Part shown: piece by piece, positions 28,449-38,499 of the stretch
Numbering within the stretch: the stretch's first letter is position 1
Layout of the letters: every line of letters begins with the position of its first letter
Virus record (IMG/VR): IMGVR_UViG_3300042923_000281
Span: 212,979-276,978 of that record
Length of the DNA stretch: 64,000 bases
Direction: 5' to 3' (one strand)
Program-made: the position numbers and the translations under genes
The notes under the pieces: generated by a model
Told to the model about the DNA's origin: nothing
Databases searched by the model: none
Seen by the model: the letters and a program-made list of their open reading frames with translations, nothing else

Positions 28449-29912
28449 TCATCGTGATACTTGGTCGCCCTCGACGATCCAACTGGTAATCGTCGCAATC
28501 AACGGCGGCGGAAGCGTCGTGTTACGGGATACCGTGAAGGGTTTGTCGAGGTCCATGACACCTGTGACTGGATCATGGCGGGACATGACTTTCGCGTTCT
28601 TCAGGTCAAGCGGCAGCTCGCCCCAGAGTGCGTCACCATCAAAGTCAGCGTTCTTGTCGATCAGGTTGAGCGGCGAGATGCTGATGGTGTTGTCAGTTGG
28701 GTCCGGCTTGATCGTGTCGATCTGGTTGTAGCCAATCGAGCCACGGGTCAGCGTCGGGTTACGACCGAAGGTGGTTGGAATGGTGCCGTTCGGAGCTTCG
28801 GCTAGTAGCTCCTTGAACAACCTGTCCAGCTCAGGGTGCCAGCGTAGAGTGTTCTCGTAGATCAGGGCCTGCATCTCATTGGGGATGTACCCCTGAGTCA
28901 GCAGCTTGTTCTGCAAGTGAACCTTAAACAGCAAGGTACTCGCGGACCACGGCATCTCCATACCGTCCTGCCGGTGAGGCTTCTGACGCGACGTAATCAC
29001 CGCACGGAACCCGAAGTACGGACGTGTACCGTAGATCAGCTTCCGTGCTACCCCAGGCTTCTTGAAGATCACCTCAGACTCGAAGGTCTTATAGTAGTCA
29101 TTGAAGTGCTGGAGTGCGCTAACAACGCGACCCTCTTTTACCGCCTGAGCCAGCTTGGGCTGATTCTCGGCAGTCTCACGGTTGTCGATCCCGATCAGGA
29201 TGTGCGCGGCGTTAACCGCAGACACCATCTTGGGGTCAGCCGTGATACGGTTGTTGGAGTTCTCTTTGATGAACCCGAGACGCGTTGGGAATGGCAGGTA
29301 ATCCGAGAACGTCCGGTCGAAGTTCTCCTGCAAGAAGCGCATGATCTTTCTACGCTTACGGGCAGATGCCGAGGGACCAATTAAGCCAGCCTTAAACAGC
29401 GCTACCAGGATGGACTCGTAGTTCTCGACAAAGTGGTTGTAGCCACGGGGGATTTCCAGCTTATCCAACTTGCGCATCTTGTCAGCCGCCAGGGGAGAGG
29501 CAGCTGTGTAGCGCGGGTTGCAGAGGTACTCCAGGATGTTGAAGTTCGAATGCGTCAGGTTCTTCGAGAGAATCCGCCACACTGTCAAGTTAATGAATTT
29601 CTTGATGCCTGCCGGACATTTGATCCACAGGAGAGTCTCCAGTGGTTTCTCAGTGATCGGCATGACCAAGCTCAGACAGTCATTACAGCGGATGCCGTAA
29701 TTGTCCATGCCGTGGATGAGTCCACAGTCACAGCTCGCCGTGTTGTTCAGCGAGTCCCCGTCGAGGCTGGCATAAATCAGGTTGTTCAGCTTGAGACGGT
29801 CTGCCTCAAGATCGATGTTGAAGTCGTTCATCAGGATCGCTGGGTGCGACTGATGCATGAACATGGTGTCGTAACCCACCACGCGTAAGTAAATGCCATT
29901 ACGCTTTTTCAT
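28449..29912 (-). CDS. Non-virion RNAP beta' N-terminal catalytic subunit (phiKZ gp55-56.1-like), uninterrupted
   Basis: CDCG...CNDC zinc finger, RAVITS, RNPTL, NADFDGD catalytic motif; GGGAGG RBS. Confidence 0.95.
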   Translation of the reverse strand: MKKRNGIYLRVVGYDTMFMHQSHPAILMNDFNIDLEADRLKLNNLIYASLDGDSLNNTASCDCGLIHGMDNYGIRCNDCLSLVMPITEKPLETLLWIKCPAGIKKFINLTVWRILSKNLTHSNFNILEYLCNPRYTAASPLAADKMRKLDKLEIPRGYNHFVENYESILVALFKAGLIGPSASARKRRKIMRFLQENFDRTFSDYLPFPTRLGFIKENSNNRITADPKMVSAVNAAHILIGIDNRETAENQPKLAQAVKEGRVVSALQHFNDYYKTFESEVIFKKPGVARKLIYGTRPYFGFRAVITSRQKPHRQDGMEMPWSASTLLFKVHLQNKLLTQGYIPNEMQALIYENTLRWHPELDRLFKELLAEAPNGTIPTTFGRNPTLTRGSIGYNQIDTIKPDPTDNTISISPLNLIDKNADFDGDALWGELPLDLKNAKVMSRHDPVTGVMDLDKPFTVSRNTTLPPPLIATITSWIVEGDQVSR

Positions 29913-29933
29913 TGACCTCCCCTAGTGCCCGGT

Positions 29934-29976
29934 GAAAATAAAAAGGCATAACAAGGGGGAGCACAGGCTCCCCCAA
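29934..29976 (-). terminator. Terminator after chmA
   Basis: GGGGGAGC-CTGT-GCTCCCCC then TTGTTATGCCTTTTTATTTT. Confidence 0.85.
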
Positions 29977-29990
29977 GCTATGAACGTCAG

Positions 29991-31904
29991 TTAGAAGCTA
30001 TTGCCGAAGCCAAAGCCGTTACCAACGCTACCACGCAGCGAACGTGCGCCATCACCAGTCACGCGGCGGCTCGAGAGCATGCCGTGAGTGAGGTCACCAC
30101 CGACGAAGTCACGGATGCGAGTGTTACCACGCAGGCGACGGTTGCCGAAGGTGTAGTGAGCCGAACGCTGGTCGATGTTGATTTTGCAATCAGCAACGGC
30201 CATGGCCAGCGCTTCGATGAACTGCGGGTTGACGAACGCCAGGTCTACGTAACGAGCGAACTTGACGTTGCTCGCACCGAGAGCGCTGGTCAGTTGGTCG
30301 TACTGCTCGCTGACGCGGATTTCAACGTCCAGGTCAACGCGGTCGATCACGTCCTGATAACGCAGGGCAGACTCGCCTTCGTCATTCGGGTTGGTGGCCA
30401 TCCAGCGCAGCAGGTCCCATTCACGCAGATCGCGCTCGTTGCCCTTCTCGTCGATCCAGGTGCCAGTCAGGTAACGAGCACCGGACATTTGCAGCGGGGT
30501 TTCGACGCCCAGTTCACGGGCACGGCGGGTGAAGTTGCCGTTGGTCAGACGGTCGGCGTAGTCGTACAGACGGCCGATGGCGTCCTTGTTGGCGCTGTCG
30601 TCAGTTGCAGCGTCGGACAGCAGGGAGGTGATCCAGCTGTTGTCGCCGCCTTCTTCGAGCTCGATAGCCCAGGCCAGGTTGTCGTCAACCAGGCTGAAGA
30701 AGTACTGAGCCCACTTGTGGGTGTCCAGCGACGCACGGTTGTCGAACTCGACCGGAGTCTTGTCCTGATCCGGGCCGAGGATGTTCAGCAGACCAGCGTC
30801 ACGGTGGTCGATCTCACCACGAGCAACATCGCCCGGCAGGTAAGTCTGAGCCCACGCTTGGTCTTTGGAGATGACCGACGCACCAGCCAGAGCCAGCAAC
30901 AGCAGCTCAGGGGTGATGCCGTTGGCGTTGGTGTCCATGCGGTTGATCACGTACATCGGAGTGAAGTACGGCTGATCACGGCGCTGGGTACGGGACCAAC
31001 GATCTTGTTCGACCGGCGGGGTGTACATGATGCTGACGTAACCGCCCAGGTTGGCCAGGCCAACAGGGATGTTCTGGTCGCCTTTGCGCACGATGCCGGC
31101 AACGGTAACGGCCAGGTCGGAACGACGCGGCAGACCGTCGGCGGTCATGACTTCACGGCCAGACAGGTCGACGTTGATTTCCAGAGTCGACTGCTTGCTC
31201 AGCCAGTCCAGCGAGAAGAACAGGTCAGGCTGGAACAGGTTGCTGTAGATCGCTGCCAGAGCGGCCTGGGCGTAGAACACGACCTGACGCACTTCGGTGT
31301 TTTCCGGATCGTTGAAGTCAACCTTGTGGCTCACTACACGCCAGCCGGCACGCACGATTTCAACGCTACGGCGCTGGCCTTCGAACGCCTTCTTCGCGAT
31401 TTCGTCAACCAGAGCCAGGTAGCTCTCGGTGATGTAGTCGGAAGCGATGATCGGCAGCGGGTAGGTGCGGTGGTTGATCTCGACGTTACGCACGGTGGCG
31501 TCGTCGGTCATGCTCGAGGACAGAGCCAGGGCGGAAACCAGAACCTTGACGGTGCCGTTGTCTTCGACCGGGTATGCCAGGATCACAGAGCTGATGCTCA
31601 CGTTGTGCTCGGAAGCTTCCAGACCCAGAACTTGGATCTTGGAGAGGTCGATCAGGCCGGCGCCTGCAACCTGACGCTCTGGATCGAACCAGTGCTTAAC
31701 CGACTTAACAGCGTTGACCAGAACTTCGCCGCTGATGCGACGGGACATCGGTGCGCCGAGCAGGCGGTTGATGTCCAGCAGACCGGCGGTGGTCGCTTGG
31801 GATTCACGAGCCGGGCGCTCAGCACGCTGCTCTTGGCGCGGAGCTTCGCGGGAGGTACGCTCGTTGCTCGAAGCGGAGTTGTCGATGTCGTCTTGTACAG
31901 CCAT
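29991..31904 (-). CDS. chmA: Phage nuclear shell protein chimallin (phiKZ gp54-like)
   Basis: 637 aa, immediately upstream of beta'-N; G.P.RSD..V and G.W.D..G..RDLR..D patterns; aromatic/Gly C-terminal tail; strong AAGGAG RBS; own promoter and terminator. Confidence 0.88.
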   Translation of the reverse strand: MAVQDDIDNSASSNERTSREAPRQEQRAERPARESQATTAGLLDINRLLGAPMSRRISGEVLVNAVKSVKHWFDPERQVAGAGLIDLSKIQVLGLEASEHNVSISSVILAYPVEDNGTVKVLVSALALSSSMTDDATVRNVEINHRTYPLPIIASDYITESYLALVDEIAKKAFEGQRRSVEIVRAGWRVVSHKVDFNDPENTEVRQVVFYAQAALAAIYSNLFQPDLFFSLDWLSKQSTLEINVDLSGREVMTADGLPRRSDLAVTVAGIVRKGDQNIPVGLANLGGYVSIMYTPPVEQDRWSRTQRRDQPYFTPMYVINRMDTNANGITPELLLLALAGASVISKDQAWAQTYLPGDVARGEIDHRDAGLLNILGPDQDKTPVEFDNRASLDTHKWAQYFFSLVDDNLAWAIELEEGGDNSWITSLLSDAATDDSANKDAIGRLYDYADRLTNGNFTRRARELGVETPLQMSGARYLTGTWIDEKGNERDLREWDLLRWMATNPNDEGESALRYQDVIDRVDLDVEIRVSEQYDQLTSALGASNVKFARYVDLAFVNPQFIEALAMAVADCKINIDQRSAHYTFGNRRLRGNTRIRDFVGGDLTHGMLSSRRVTGDGARSLRGSVGNGFGFGNSF

Positions 31905-31975
31905 GGTGTGACTCCTTGGTATATAACGTTACTAGGCCTAGTGAACTTCGAAGCTTGGCTTCTGTATTCATGTTT

Positions 31976-32002
31976 ATAATGTAGCACCGTACGAAGTTCG
32001 AA
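31976..32002 (-). promoter_or_regulatory. Putative phage early promoter of chmA
   Basis: TTCGAA-N13-TACATTAT (perfect consensus). Confidence 0.75.
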
Positions 32003-32231
32003 TGGAATCCGCGCAGAGAGCCTCATTATGATTCGGCCAGGGGGTTTAAATTTACGTGCGATCTTTCCAGGAAAAGGAAATACCCTCCTCTTGTACTGGG
32101 CTGTTAACCCAGTCGGAGCAGATCTCCTATAGCATATGCACTCTCAGGTTATTTTTTACGATTCCACTCGCACCACCTCGGTAAGAAGATCCGGCTATCC
32201 TTTGAGACTTACCCGCCAATGGACCATCGCC

Positions 32232-33371
32232 ATGTACCAACTGTTCAACACCGAGTCCAGGATCAAACAGACCAACATCGCTACGTTTGGCCTGGACTAC
32301 GTTAAGCGCGAACTGATGAACGTACAGGTGAACCGCTATAAACAGCTTCGGGCTTTGAACCCGGGGTACCTGAAGAGCGACCACCTGCTACAGAAGATCC
32401 TGGGCATGATCGACATCCCTTTCGATGGCGACCTACCCGACTACTATCTCCGTGTCTCCAGCATCGTCGACCGGCTTGCTGGTCAGATGGGCTTTTGCAC
32501 CGCCGGCCACCACGGGCGGGTCAGGAACCACAGCCACTTCTACGGCAAAGGGGTGAATGAAGTCATCATCGCGATTGCAGACGATGAAGTCACTCCGGCC
32601 CAGATCTGGTTTAACTGGCGGAATATGAGCCCTGTGAGGGTACTCTCACATCCTATCATGGGATGTGGTATTATTGAACTGGATGGGACCAACGACATCA
32701 AGGGATTGCCTTACGGCGCCACCGCGGTGATCGAGATCAACATCCCGTTGCTGGCTTGTCAGTATCACTTGTGGCGGGTGGCTGTACGTGGCTTAGCTCC
32801 AGAGGGCTTTGCCTTCCCAGTCAGTCACTTCCTCACCCAGATCGTCATCCCCAACCTCCTCCCCAGTCACTTGGACGTGGCGGTGGGCAATACCCTGCAC
32901 TCCTTGATTGGCGGACAAGGTTACGTGAAGGTTGAGAGTGACATGCCGTTCTACACGGCTGACTTGTACCCTCGGTTGGAGAAAGGCCTGCAAGAGCTCG
33001 CTACACGCTTCTGCAACCAGACCCTCTACTACCGTGACATCTTGTCCAACGTGCCTGTCTTTGGCAACGACACGCTGCTCCAGACGGTACGGATGCCCGA
33101 CATCGCCTACACCAACCAAGCAATCTGGGCCTTGACCATGGCCAGGCTCCCGGTGGTAGCGATGCTGCTGAAGTTCGACCAGTTGGCCAAGAACGTCAAG
33201 AACGACGCTGACCGGAACCGGATTCGTCGTAGCCTCAGTGAAGCAGACAGTGGTAAGTACCTGACGAACCAGATCCCTTCCGATGTTGCAGCAGGGATTG
33301 CGAACTTCATTGCTACTAATGTCACGCCGTTACTGAACAGCTCGCCCCAAGCAGCAGAACAAACCCTGTAA
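32232..33371 (+). CDS. Conserved chimallivirus protein, probable virion protein (phiKZ gp52-like)
   Basis: ATG 32232 MYQLF...; divergent from chmA; synteny. Confidence 0.75.
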   Translation: MYQLFNTESRIKQTNIATFGLDYVKRELMNVQVNRYKQLRALNPGYLKSDHLLQKILGMIDIPFDGDLPDYYLRVSSIVDRLAGQMGFCTAGHHGRVRNHSHFYGKGVNEVIIAIADDEVTPAQIWFNWRNMSPVRVLSHPIMGCGIIELDGTNDIKGLPYGATAVIEINIPLLACQYHLWRVAVRGLAPEGFAFPVSHFLTQIVIPNLLPSHLDVAVGNTLHSLIGGQGYVKVESDMPFYTADLYPRLEKGLQELATRFCNQTLYYRDILSNVPVFGNDTLLQTVRMPDIAYTNQAIWALTMARLPVVAMLLKFDQLAKNVKNDADRNRIRRSLSEADSGKYLTNQIPSDVAAGIANFIATNVTPLLNSSPQAAEQTL

Positions 33372-33372
33372 A

Positions 33373-33405
33373 CATAGAGAGGAGCCTAGGCTCCTCTCTA
33401 TGCCG
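33373..33405. terminator. Perfect hairpin between convergent genes
   Basis: CATAGAGAGGAGCC-TA-GGCTCCTCTCTATG-CCG. Confidence 0.85.
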
Positions 33406-33407
33406 TG

Positions 33408-33986
33408 TCAGTCAAACAAACGATCAATGGAAAGGCTGGTCATGATGGGCAATGAAGCAATGTGCACACTCCGAGGTTGTACGAAAGCCTCAGGCATGGG
33501 CAGCAGCCCTGGGATCACCCGACGAATCACGGTACCATCAGGCAGAACGCGGGTGAGTGGTTCAGACTCACGTTCCTTGGCCCATTGCTCCGCCTGTAAG
33601 CGCGCCTGAGCCTGCCGGACAGCTTTGTCCACCACACGTTGCGCTTGGGCCTCAGGAGCCATCATACCGGCTTGGAAGAGCGCCTGTAGAGGAGTCTCGT
33701 AGACGGTACCGCTGCGGTGGGTGAAGTCCTGCTTGAACGTTACGTCATCACGGAAGGTCACCATCCCATGAGGCCAGACGATCAACCAATGCCCGCCTTC
33801 TGGCTTGAAGAGTGCCATCATCTCAGGGTCGATCTGATGACGCTCTTTTGGGTTGAAGCCGTACGCCATGTACGACGGTTCATCGCCGAACATCCAATCC
33901 GTACGGTCAACCCGCTGGATCTGGAACGCATGCACCTTAGACCACGGTGTGATTCTAAGGGTTGAGACGGTCTCGTTGGGCTTCAT
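33408..33986 (-). CDS. Hypothetical protein (192 aa)
   Basis: GAGGAG RBS; VHAFQI...KPEGGHWLIVWPHG...F..DF resembles a common small phage domain. Confidence 0.75.
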   Translation of the reverse strand: MKPNETVSTLRITPWSKVHAFQIQRVDRTDWMFGDEPSYMAYGFNPKERHQIDPEMMALFKPEGGHWLIVWPHGMVTFRDDVTFKQDFTHRSGTVYETPLQALFQAGMMAPEAQAQRVVDKAVRQAQARLQAEQWAKERESEPLTRVLPDGTVIRRVIPGLLPMPEAFVQPRSVHIASLPIMTSLSIDRLFD

Positions 33987-34290
33987 CGGCGCTCCTCAAA
34001 GCTCTTAGGGTTTCAGTCAGCAACTTAGCCACCGGGACACTCAAGCCCGTGTGGCGACGGATCGCTGTCTCTGCCAGTACGTACACCGATACACCGCTGA
34101 TAACAGACTGCGTGACAGCCACATCCATCAGTTCAGCGAATACTTCAGCCACACACCGAGGTTTGAACGGCTCGGCAATGAGGGCTGAGGTGACGCAGTG
34201 TGCGCTGTAGTCGCCGGTGAGATCGCCCCAAGTGGTCAACAATTGGGGCTTTCTCTCAGGGAACTTGAGGATCTTGCACTCAGTCGGCAA
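33955..34290 (-). CDS. Hypothetical protein (about 111 aa)
   Basis: GGAGAGG RBS inside the end of the polymerase gene, TTG start 34290 (MPTECKILKFP...). Confidence 0.6.
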   Translation of the reverse strand: MPTECKILKFPERKPQLLTTWGDLTGDYSAHCVTSALIAEPFKPRCVAEVFAELMDVAVTQSVISGVSVYVLAETAIRRHTGLSVPVAKLLTETLRALRSADEAQRDRLNP

Positions 34291-36571
34291 GCCAGTCCTC
34301 TCCATCATCTTCTTCGTACTCCTCATCGTCATCCTCGTCGATCTTGAGGATGATACTGTTTGCGTCTGTTGGGTCAGGTTGCAGGTTGACTTCGCCACGT
34401 GGGGTGTAGATGTCGCTGATCAAGCGGACGTACTTGCTGTCCACTTGGAAGATCCCCAGCGTCTCGAGGATCATGTAGAAGGACTCCAGGATCTCGTAGG
34501 TGAGACGACGGACGTCGATCATGGCCATGACCTCGTCTGGCATCCCGATGCCCGAGAGGATCGACAGAGGCAGCATGAGCGTGCCCATCTTGTCCTTGCC
34601 AGCCCGTTGGCAGTACTCGCGCAGACGTTCACCCATGTCCTTGTCCGTCTTGTCCACGTGAGCCATCCAGTCCTGCATGTCGGTCTTGTTATTGATCGCC
34701 AGCGGAACCTTAATCACGGAGAAGGGTGGGCTTTCTACATGGCCGTACTTCGGTGCAAAGACGTGCTCCCAGAAGTGATAGTGACGGTAGTTCGTCTTCT
34801 CACGGAACGGGTCTTCCTTGTTCATGTTCGGGTACGATTCCTGAACCTGTGCAGACTTCAGGTAACGGTGTTCCCCGGACTTGATCGAGGTGTAGATGTC
34901 TTGCTCCAAACGCCACACCAGCAGGTACAGCTCTTCCAACGTGAACTGACGGTTCTCATCCGCGCGGGTCATGACTTCCTTCATGAACGCCTTGGCCTGC
35001 TTGATGATTGCTACCGGTACAGTGGAGGAACGCAGGGCTACGCCTTTGATCTCCATCTCGTAGTCACGGTACACACGGCCTTCACGAGCACTCATGAACG
35101 CGTAGTAGTGCTTCGCCCGGCTGGTCAAGGTAAAGACTGGGAAGGCGTACTCGTTCTTCATGGTCAGACGGTGCAGGTCTTCCTGAATCACCCCCATGTT
35201 TGCCGAGAGCTTCGCCAGTACGTGCACGATACATTGGCAAGCCACGTACGTCGTGGTGTACCAGATCCCGTCACCTTCACGGCTACGCACGTCACTGCCG
35301 GTGTACCACGTTACCCACTCTTGGGTGGTGAAGATCGTGGAGTCGGTGTCAGACGCCAGTACCACACGGCGCAAGATGCCCTTGACGTTTGCCACGGTTG
35401 GAGCCAACAGCACAGGCGTGAGGAACACACGGATGAACTGGAAGTAGTCCTGCAAGGTGTTCTGGATGTTCGCTGAGCTCTTGGCAACCAAGGCCAGCTC
35501 TGCGGTCATCCCTTTCTCCTTCATGGAGTCAAAGTCTTCACCACGGGTGATGTCAGCGTTGAGGTACGTGGCCAACATCTTGGTGTCGTCATCGAACTTC
35601 TTGCTGCGCAGCATCTCGAAACCGTCTTCCACTTCCATGGAGTCGTTACGAGGCTCGTGCTTGATGATGCGGTCCATGAACCCACGGACAAACCCATCGT
35701 TCAGCTGAGCAATGTGGTACAGGTCGCCCGTGTACATCACAATGGCCCGTTCCAGCGGGGTCAGCTTCTCAAGCAGATCAACGATCTTCTGGAAGTTAGC
35801 CTCGTTGCGCCAGTACAGGTCGGTCGAACGCTTGATGCACGCTGCGGCTTGCTCGGTGGTTGGGTACACGAAGCCGCAGTTGTCCATGGCCTGACGGAAC
35901 TCCTCGTGCGGTTGGCTCTTCACCAGCGCGAGGATATTCGCTATCGTTATCTTGGGGGACCAATAGTGTCTTGATCCCGCCAAGAGCTTCTCGTTACTGG
36001 CGTTACCGTAACCGGTGGCCGAACGGCACATGGAGGTCAGGCTGGAGTGGCCCGATTTGACGTACAGGATGTTGCCGGTGAAGCCGTGCATGCCAGACAG
36101 CGAGTTAATCGCGATCTTCTTGGCGTTCTGCTCGGCGTCCTTGATCTTCTCAAGGGTCTCGTCCCCTGCTACCTGAGCAAGGAACATCTCGTTCTTGGCT
36201 TTCTTACGACCTGCGATACCCGATTCAACGAACTTGGCCGAAGGGGACTTCAACACCTTCGGGTTCTCGTAGCACACCATCGATGGACTGATGATGCGGT
36301 TGCTCTCGGTCACCGTCTTGACGTAGCTGAGCAGGGTCATTTCAGTCTTGACCCGGTTGCCCGGTGATTCTTGTTTCAGGACCAGCATGTTCGGATCACG
36401 AAGCGGGTACTTCCCACCTCGGGAGAGTGTACGCTTCAGGAAAGCCAAGCATTTGTCTTCTGGCTGACCGGTCATCCGATGCAGGTAATGGGTATTCTGT
36501 TCGAAGTACCCCTTTAGCAGATCGAGGTCACGGACATAGGCTTCCTTCGGAAGTACAAACGGATTTTCCAT
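34280..36571 (-). CDS. Family-B DNA polymerase, polymerase-domain subunit (phiKZ gp50-like)
   Basis: Q...KIAINSLSG (motif B), ASDTDS (motif C), KHYYA, EIKGV; ATG 36571 MENPF; no exonuclease domain (split enzyme). Confidence 0.92.
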   Translation of the reverse strand: MENPFVLPKEAYVRDLDLLKGYFEQNTHYLHRMTGQPEDKCLAFLKRTLSRGGKYPLRDPNMLVLKQESPGNRVKTEMTLLSYVKTVTESNRIISPSMVCYENPKVLKSPSAKFVESGIAGRKKAKNEMFLAQVAGDETLEKIKDAEQNAKKIAINSLSGMHGFTGNILYVKSGHSSLTSMCRSATGYGNASNEKLLAGSRHYWSPKITIANILALVKSQPHEEFRQAMDNCGFVYPTTEQAAACIKRSTDLYWRNEANFQKIVDLLEKLTPLERAIVMYTGDLYHIAQLNDGFVRGFMDRIIKHEPRNDSMEVEDGFEMLRSKKFDDDTKMLATYLNADITRGEDFDSMKEKGMTAELALVAKSSANIQNTLQDYFQFIRVFLTPVLLAPTVANVKGILRRVVLASDTDSTIFTTQEWVTWYTGSDVRSREGDGIWYTTTYVACQCIVHVLAKLSANMGVIQEDLHRLTMKNEYAFPVFTLTSRAKHYYAFMSAREGRVYRDYEMEIKGVALRSSTVPVAIIKQAKAFMKEVMTRADENRQFTLEELYLLVWRLEQDIYTSIKSGEHRYLKSAQVQESYPNMNKEDPFREKTNYRHYHFWEHVFAPKYGHVESPPFSVIKVPLAINNKTDMQDWMAHVDKTDKDMGERLREYCQRAGKDKMGTLMLPLSILSGIGMPDEVMAMIDVRRLTYEILESFYMILETLGIFQVDSKYVRLISDIYTPRGEVNLQPDPTDANSIILKIDEDDDEEYEEDDGEDWLAD

Positions 36572-36592
36572 CAGTTGGGCCCTTGATACGGC

Positions 36593-36638
36593 AAAAGAAA
36601 AAGAAAGGGAGGAGTAGCTCATAGTAGAGTACCCCTCC
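36593..36638 (-). terminator. Terminator-like hairpin just upstream of the polymerase start
   Basis: GGAGGGGTA...TACTCCTCC then CTTTCTTTTTCTTTT. Confidence 0.7.
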
Positions 36639-36642
36639 GTTT

Positions 36643-37131
36643 TTATTCACTGAAATTCACGAACGTGTAAATGACAGTGTCTTCTTCTCGCATCGGTACA
36701 ACCTCGGTGAGAATGAAGCCATCTTCCTGCGCTTGGATAAGCCGCAACGTGTCAATGCCATGGGGCTTGATGCCGTTGTTGTGGAAGTTGACCACCTCCT
36801 CGAGGAAGTCCTGTGCAACAGCATCCTCGAACGTGTTGTAGATGTCGTCCATGTGGGACTCTGTCACGTCCGTCTCACCATTCTCCTCACGGATCATGAT
36901 GTCCACGTGAAGGGCAAGGGAGCACATGGCGAACATGTTCTCTTTAAGCTCTTCGGACAGGTGGTGCTTGTGGACGACCTTGTCGACCGCGTCGAGGAAG
37001 TCGCCGTAGACCGCGAAGAAGTCTCCGTCGTAGGGAAGAAGAATGTGGTTCTCCGTCCCCGCTTCGAAGTGCAGCCGCGGACGGCGACGAGGAGGCCACT
37101 TAATAGTCGATCGTGAAATCCTTGATGCCAT
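36643..37131 (-). CDS. Acidic small protein, member of the tandem array
   Basis: ORF; start uncertain (ATG 37131). Confidence 0.7.
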   Translation of the reverse strand: MASRISRSTIKWPPRRRPRLHFEAGTENHILLPYDGDFFAVYGDFLDAVDKVVHKHHLSEELKENMFAMCSLALHVDIMIREENGETDVTESHMDDIYNTFEDAVAQDFLEEVVNFHNNGIKPHGIDTLRLIQAQEDGFILTEVVPMREEDTVIYTFVNFSE

Positions 37132-37492
37132 TTTGGAGAAGTGCCTCGCGCACGAGTTGTTCGGTTGTGTCACTGACCTTGGCGATGGTGATAACCAGCT
37201 TGCGATCAGTGATAACCTCAATGGTGTTTAGGTCGATCCACGGCACACCAAGGACTTCAATAGCCCCGTTGCCGTAGCGCAACTTCACGTAACTGTACGA
37301 ACCTGCCGACTGGGGCAGGGTGGTCAGGTAGTTCTTCACCTGACTGTGCTTGGCCTTGACATCCGAAATCAGCTGGGCTGTATCGAGGTCAAGGTCCGCG
37401 GCAACAATGGTGACGTTATCGCGGTTGGCACCCAAGACGTTCGGTGCCGTGGTGTTGAAGCGAACCGTCTTACCTTTGAAGTCGGTGATCAT
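37100..37492 (-). CDS. Conserved chimallivirus beta-rich protein (phiKZ gp49-like)
   Basis: GAGGAA RBS; F.T.AP.VLG and VLGVPWI motifs; upstream of the polymerase. Confidence 0.75.
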   Translation of the reverse strand: MITDFKGKTVRFNTTAPNVLGANRDNVTIVAADLDLDTAQLISDVKAKHSQVKNYLTTLPQSAGSYSYVKLRYGNGAIEVLGVPWIDLNTIEVITDRKLVITIAKVSDTTEQLVREALLQNGIKDFTIDY

Positions 37493-37790
37493 GCGGATGT
37501 TCCTCAATGAGTAGTACGAATGTCCCTTCTGTGTCCACTACTTCTACGTCAACCCACCGCCGGTGTGAGAGCGTGCTGAAAGAGCGGTCTTGGCGGATTC
37601 GAGCCAACCATTCGCCATGGTGCTTCAGGTCTTCCCTGAGGGCGATGAAGAATGCATGCAGGATCAGATCCCGCACGTAACGTCGAACCGCAGCAGGCAG
37701 TTCTTCGTCGGGAGGCAAGTCTGGGTCGAGGGAGTAACAGACCTCAGGCAGGAGGTCAGCCAGCACCTCAGATGTGTTGATGACAATCAT
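37470..37790 (-). CDS. Small protein, tandem array member
   Basis: AAGGA RBS; 106 aa. Confidence 0.75.
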   Translation of the reverse strand: MIVINTSEVLADLLPEVCYSLDPDLPPDEELPAAVRRYVRDLILHAFFIALREDLKHHGEWLARIRQDRSFSTLSHRRWVDVEVVDTEGTFVLLIEEHPHDHRLQR

Positions 37791-37799
37791 GGGTGGTCC

Positions 37800-38156
37800 T
37801 TAGCGCACAACGACGATCAAGGCCTCTTCGTCTGGGTAGTACGCGGCGTGTACAACGCTACGTCGATCCAGTCCAGGAGTTGCACGGTCTATCGTACAGT
37901 AGAGGTTGATCATAGCATTTCTCAGCGCTATGAAGTTGTCTTGGGCATCTTCCTGCTCTTCTCGGCGGGAACCGGGATAAACGGGGTACATCGGTTTGCA
38001 GTAGTTGTCCACTGCGACCTCACCCCTCCGGCACCAATCTGCATAGAACGAATACATCTCGTCTATGACATACGAGTGGTCCATCACTTGGGACAAGTCG
38101 GTTAGGAAGGCTTCATGGATCTCGCCCCCATTGAAGATCATGTTACGCTCAGCCAT
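37800..38156 (-). CDS. Small protein, tandem array member
   Basis: 118 aa; overlaps the upstream stop. Confidence 0.75.
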   Translation of the reverse strand: MAERNMIFNGGEIHEAFLTDLSQVMDHSYVIDEMYSFYADWCRRGEVAVDNYCKPMYPVYPGSRREEQEDAQDNFIALRNAMINLYCTIDRATPGLDRRSVVHAAYYPDEEALIVVVR

Positions 38157-38499
38157 TGGATATTCTCACAACGATTGAGCCATCCAACGCATCGTAAGCC
38201 ACCAGTTCAGTGAACAGATGCTCAAGACTACGGAAGCGGCTCAGTTGGTCTGCAAAGTCAGAGAATACGGGTATGACCAGCTCGTAAGCTTCATCGACTT
38301 CCAGTATTAACCGGTCACGAAGGACATTCCGATCCGCAGACTCTCTCATCCAATAACTGAGTACTCGTCCATATTCAATCGCGATCGTGTTCTTGATCAC
38401 CCCTCGTAACACTGAGGACACCGTTACGGCCAGCAGCTTTCGATTGATACTTTGGAGCCAGCTTCCTTCGACGGGGATGCACAATAGTAGCGGGGTCAA
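38149..38499 (-). CDS. Small protein, tandem array member
   Basis: GGAG then TTG 38499 (MTPLLLCIPVEG...); start inferred. Confidence 0.65.
   Translation of the reverse strand: MTPLLLCIPVEGSWLQSINRKLLAVTVSSVLRGVIKNTIAIEYGRVLSYWMRESADRNVLRDRLILEVDEAYELVIPVFSDFADQLSRFRSLEHLFTELVAYDALDGSIVVRISNG

Noticed and set aside
34280-36571. Polymerase without a proofreading domain as a novelty
   Set aside because: Split family-B polymerases are already known in phiKZ-like phages.
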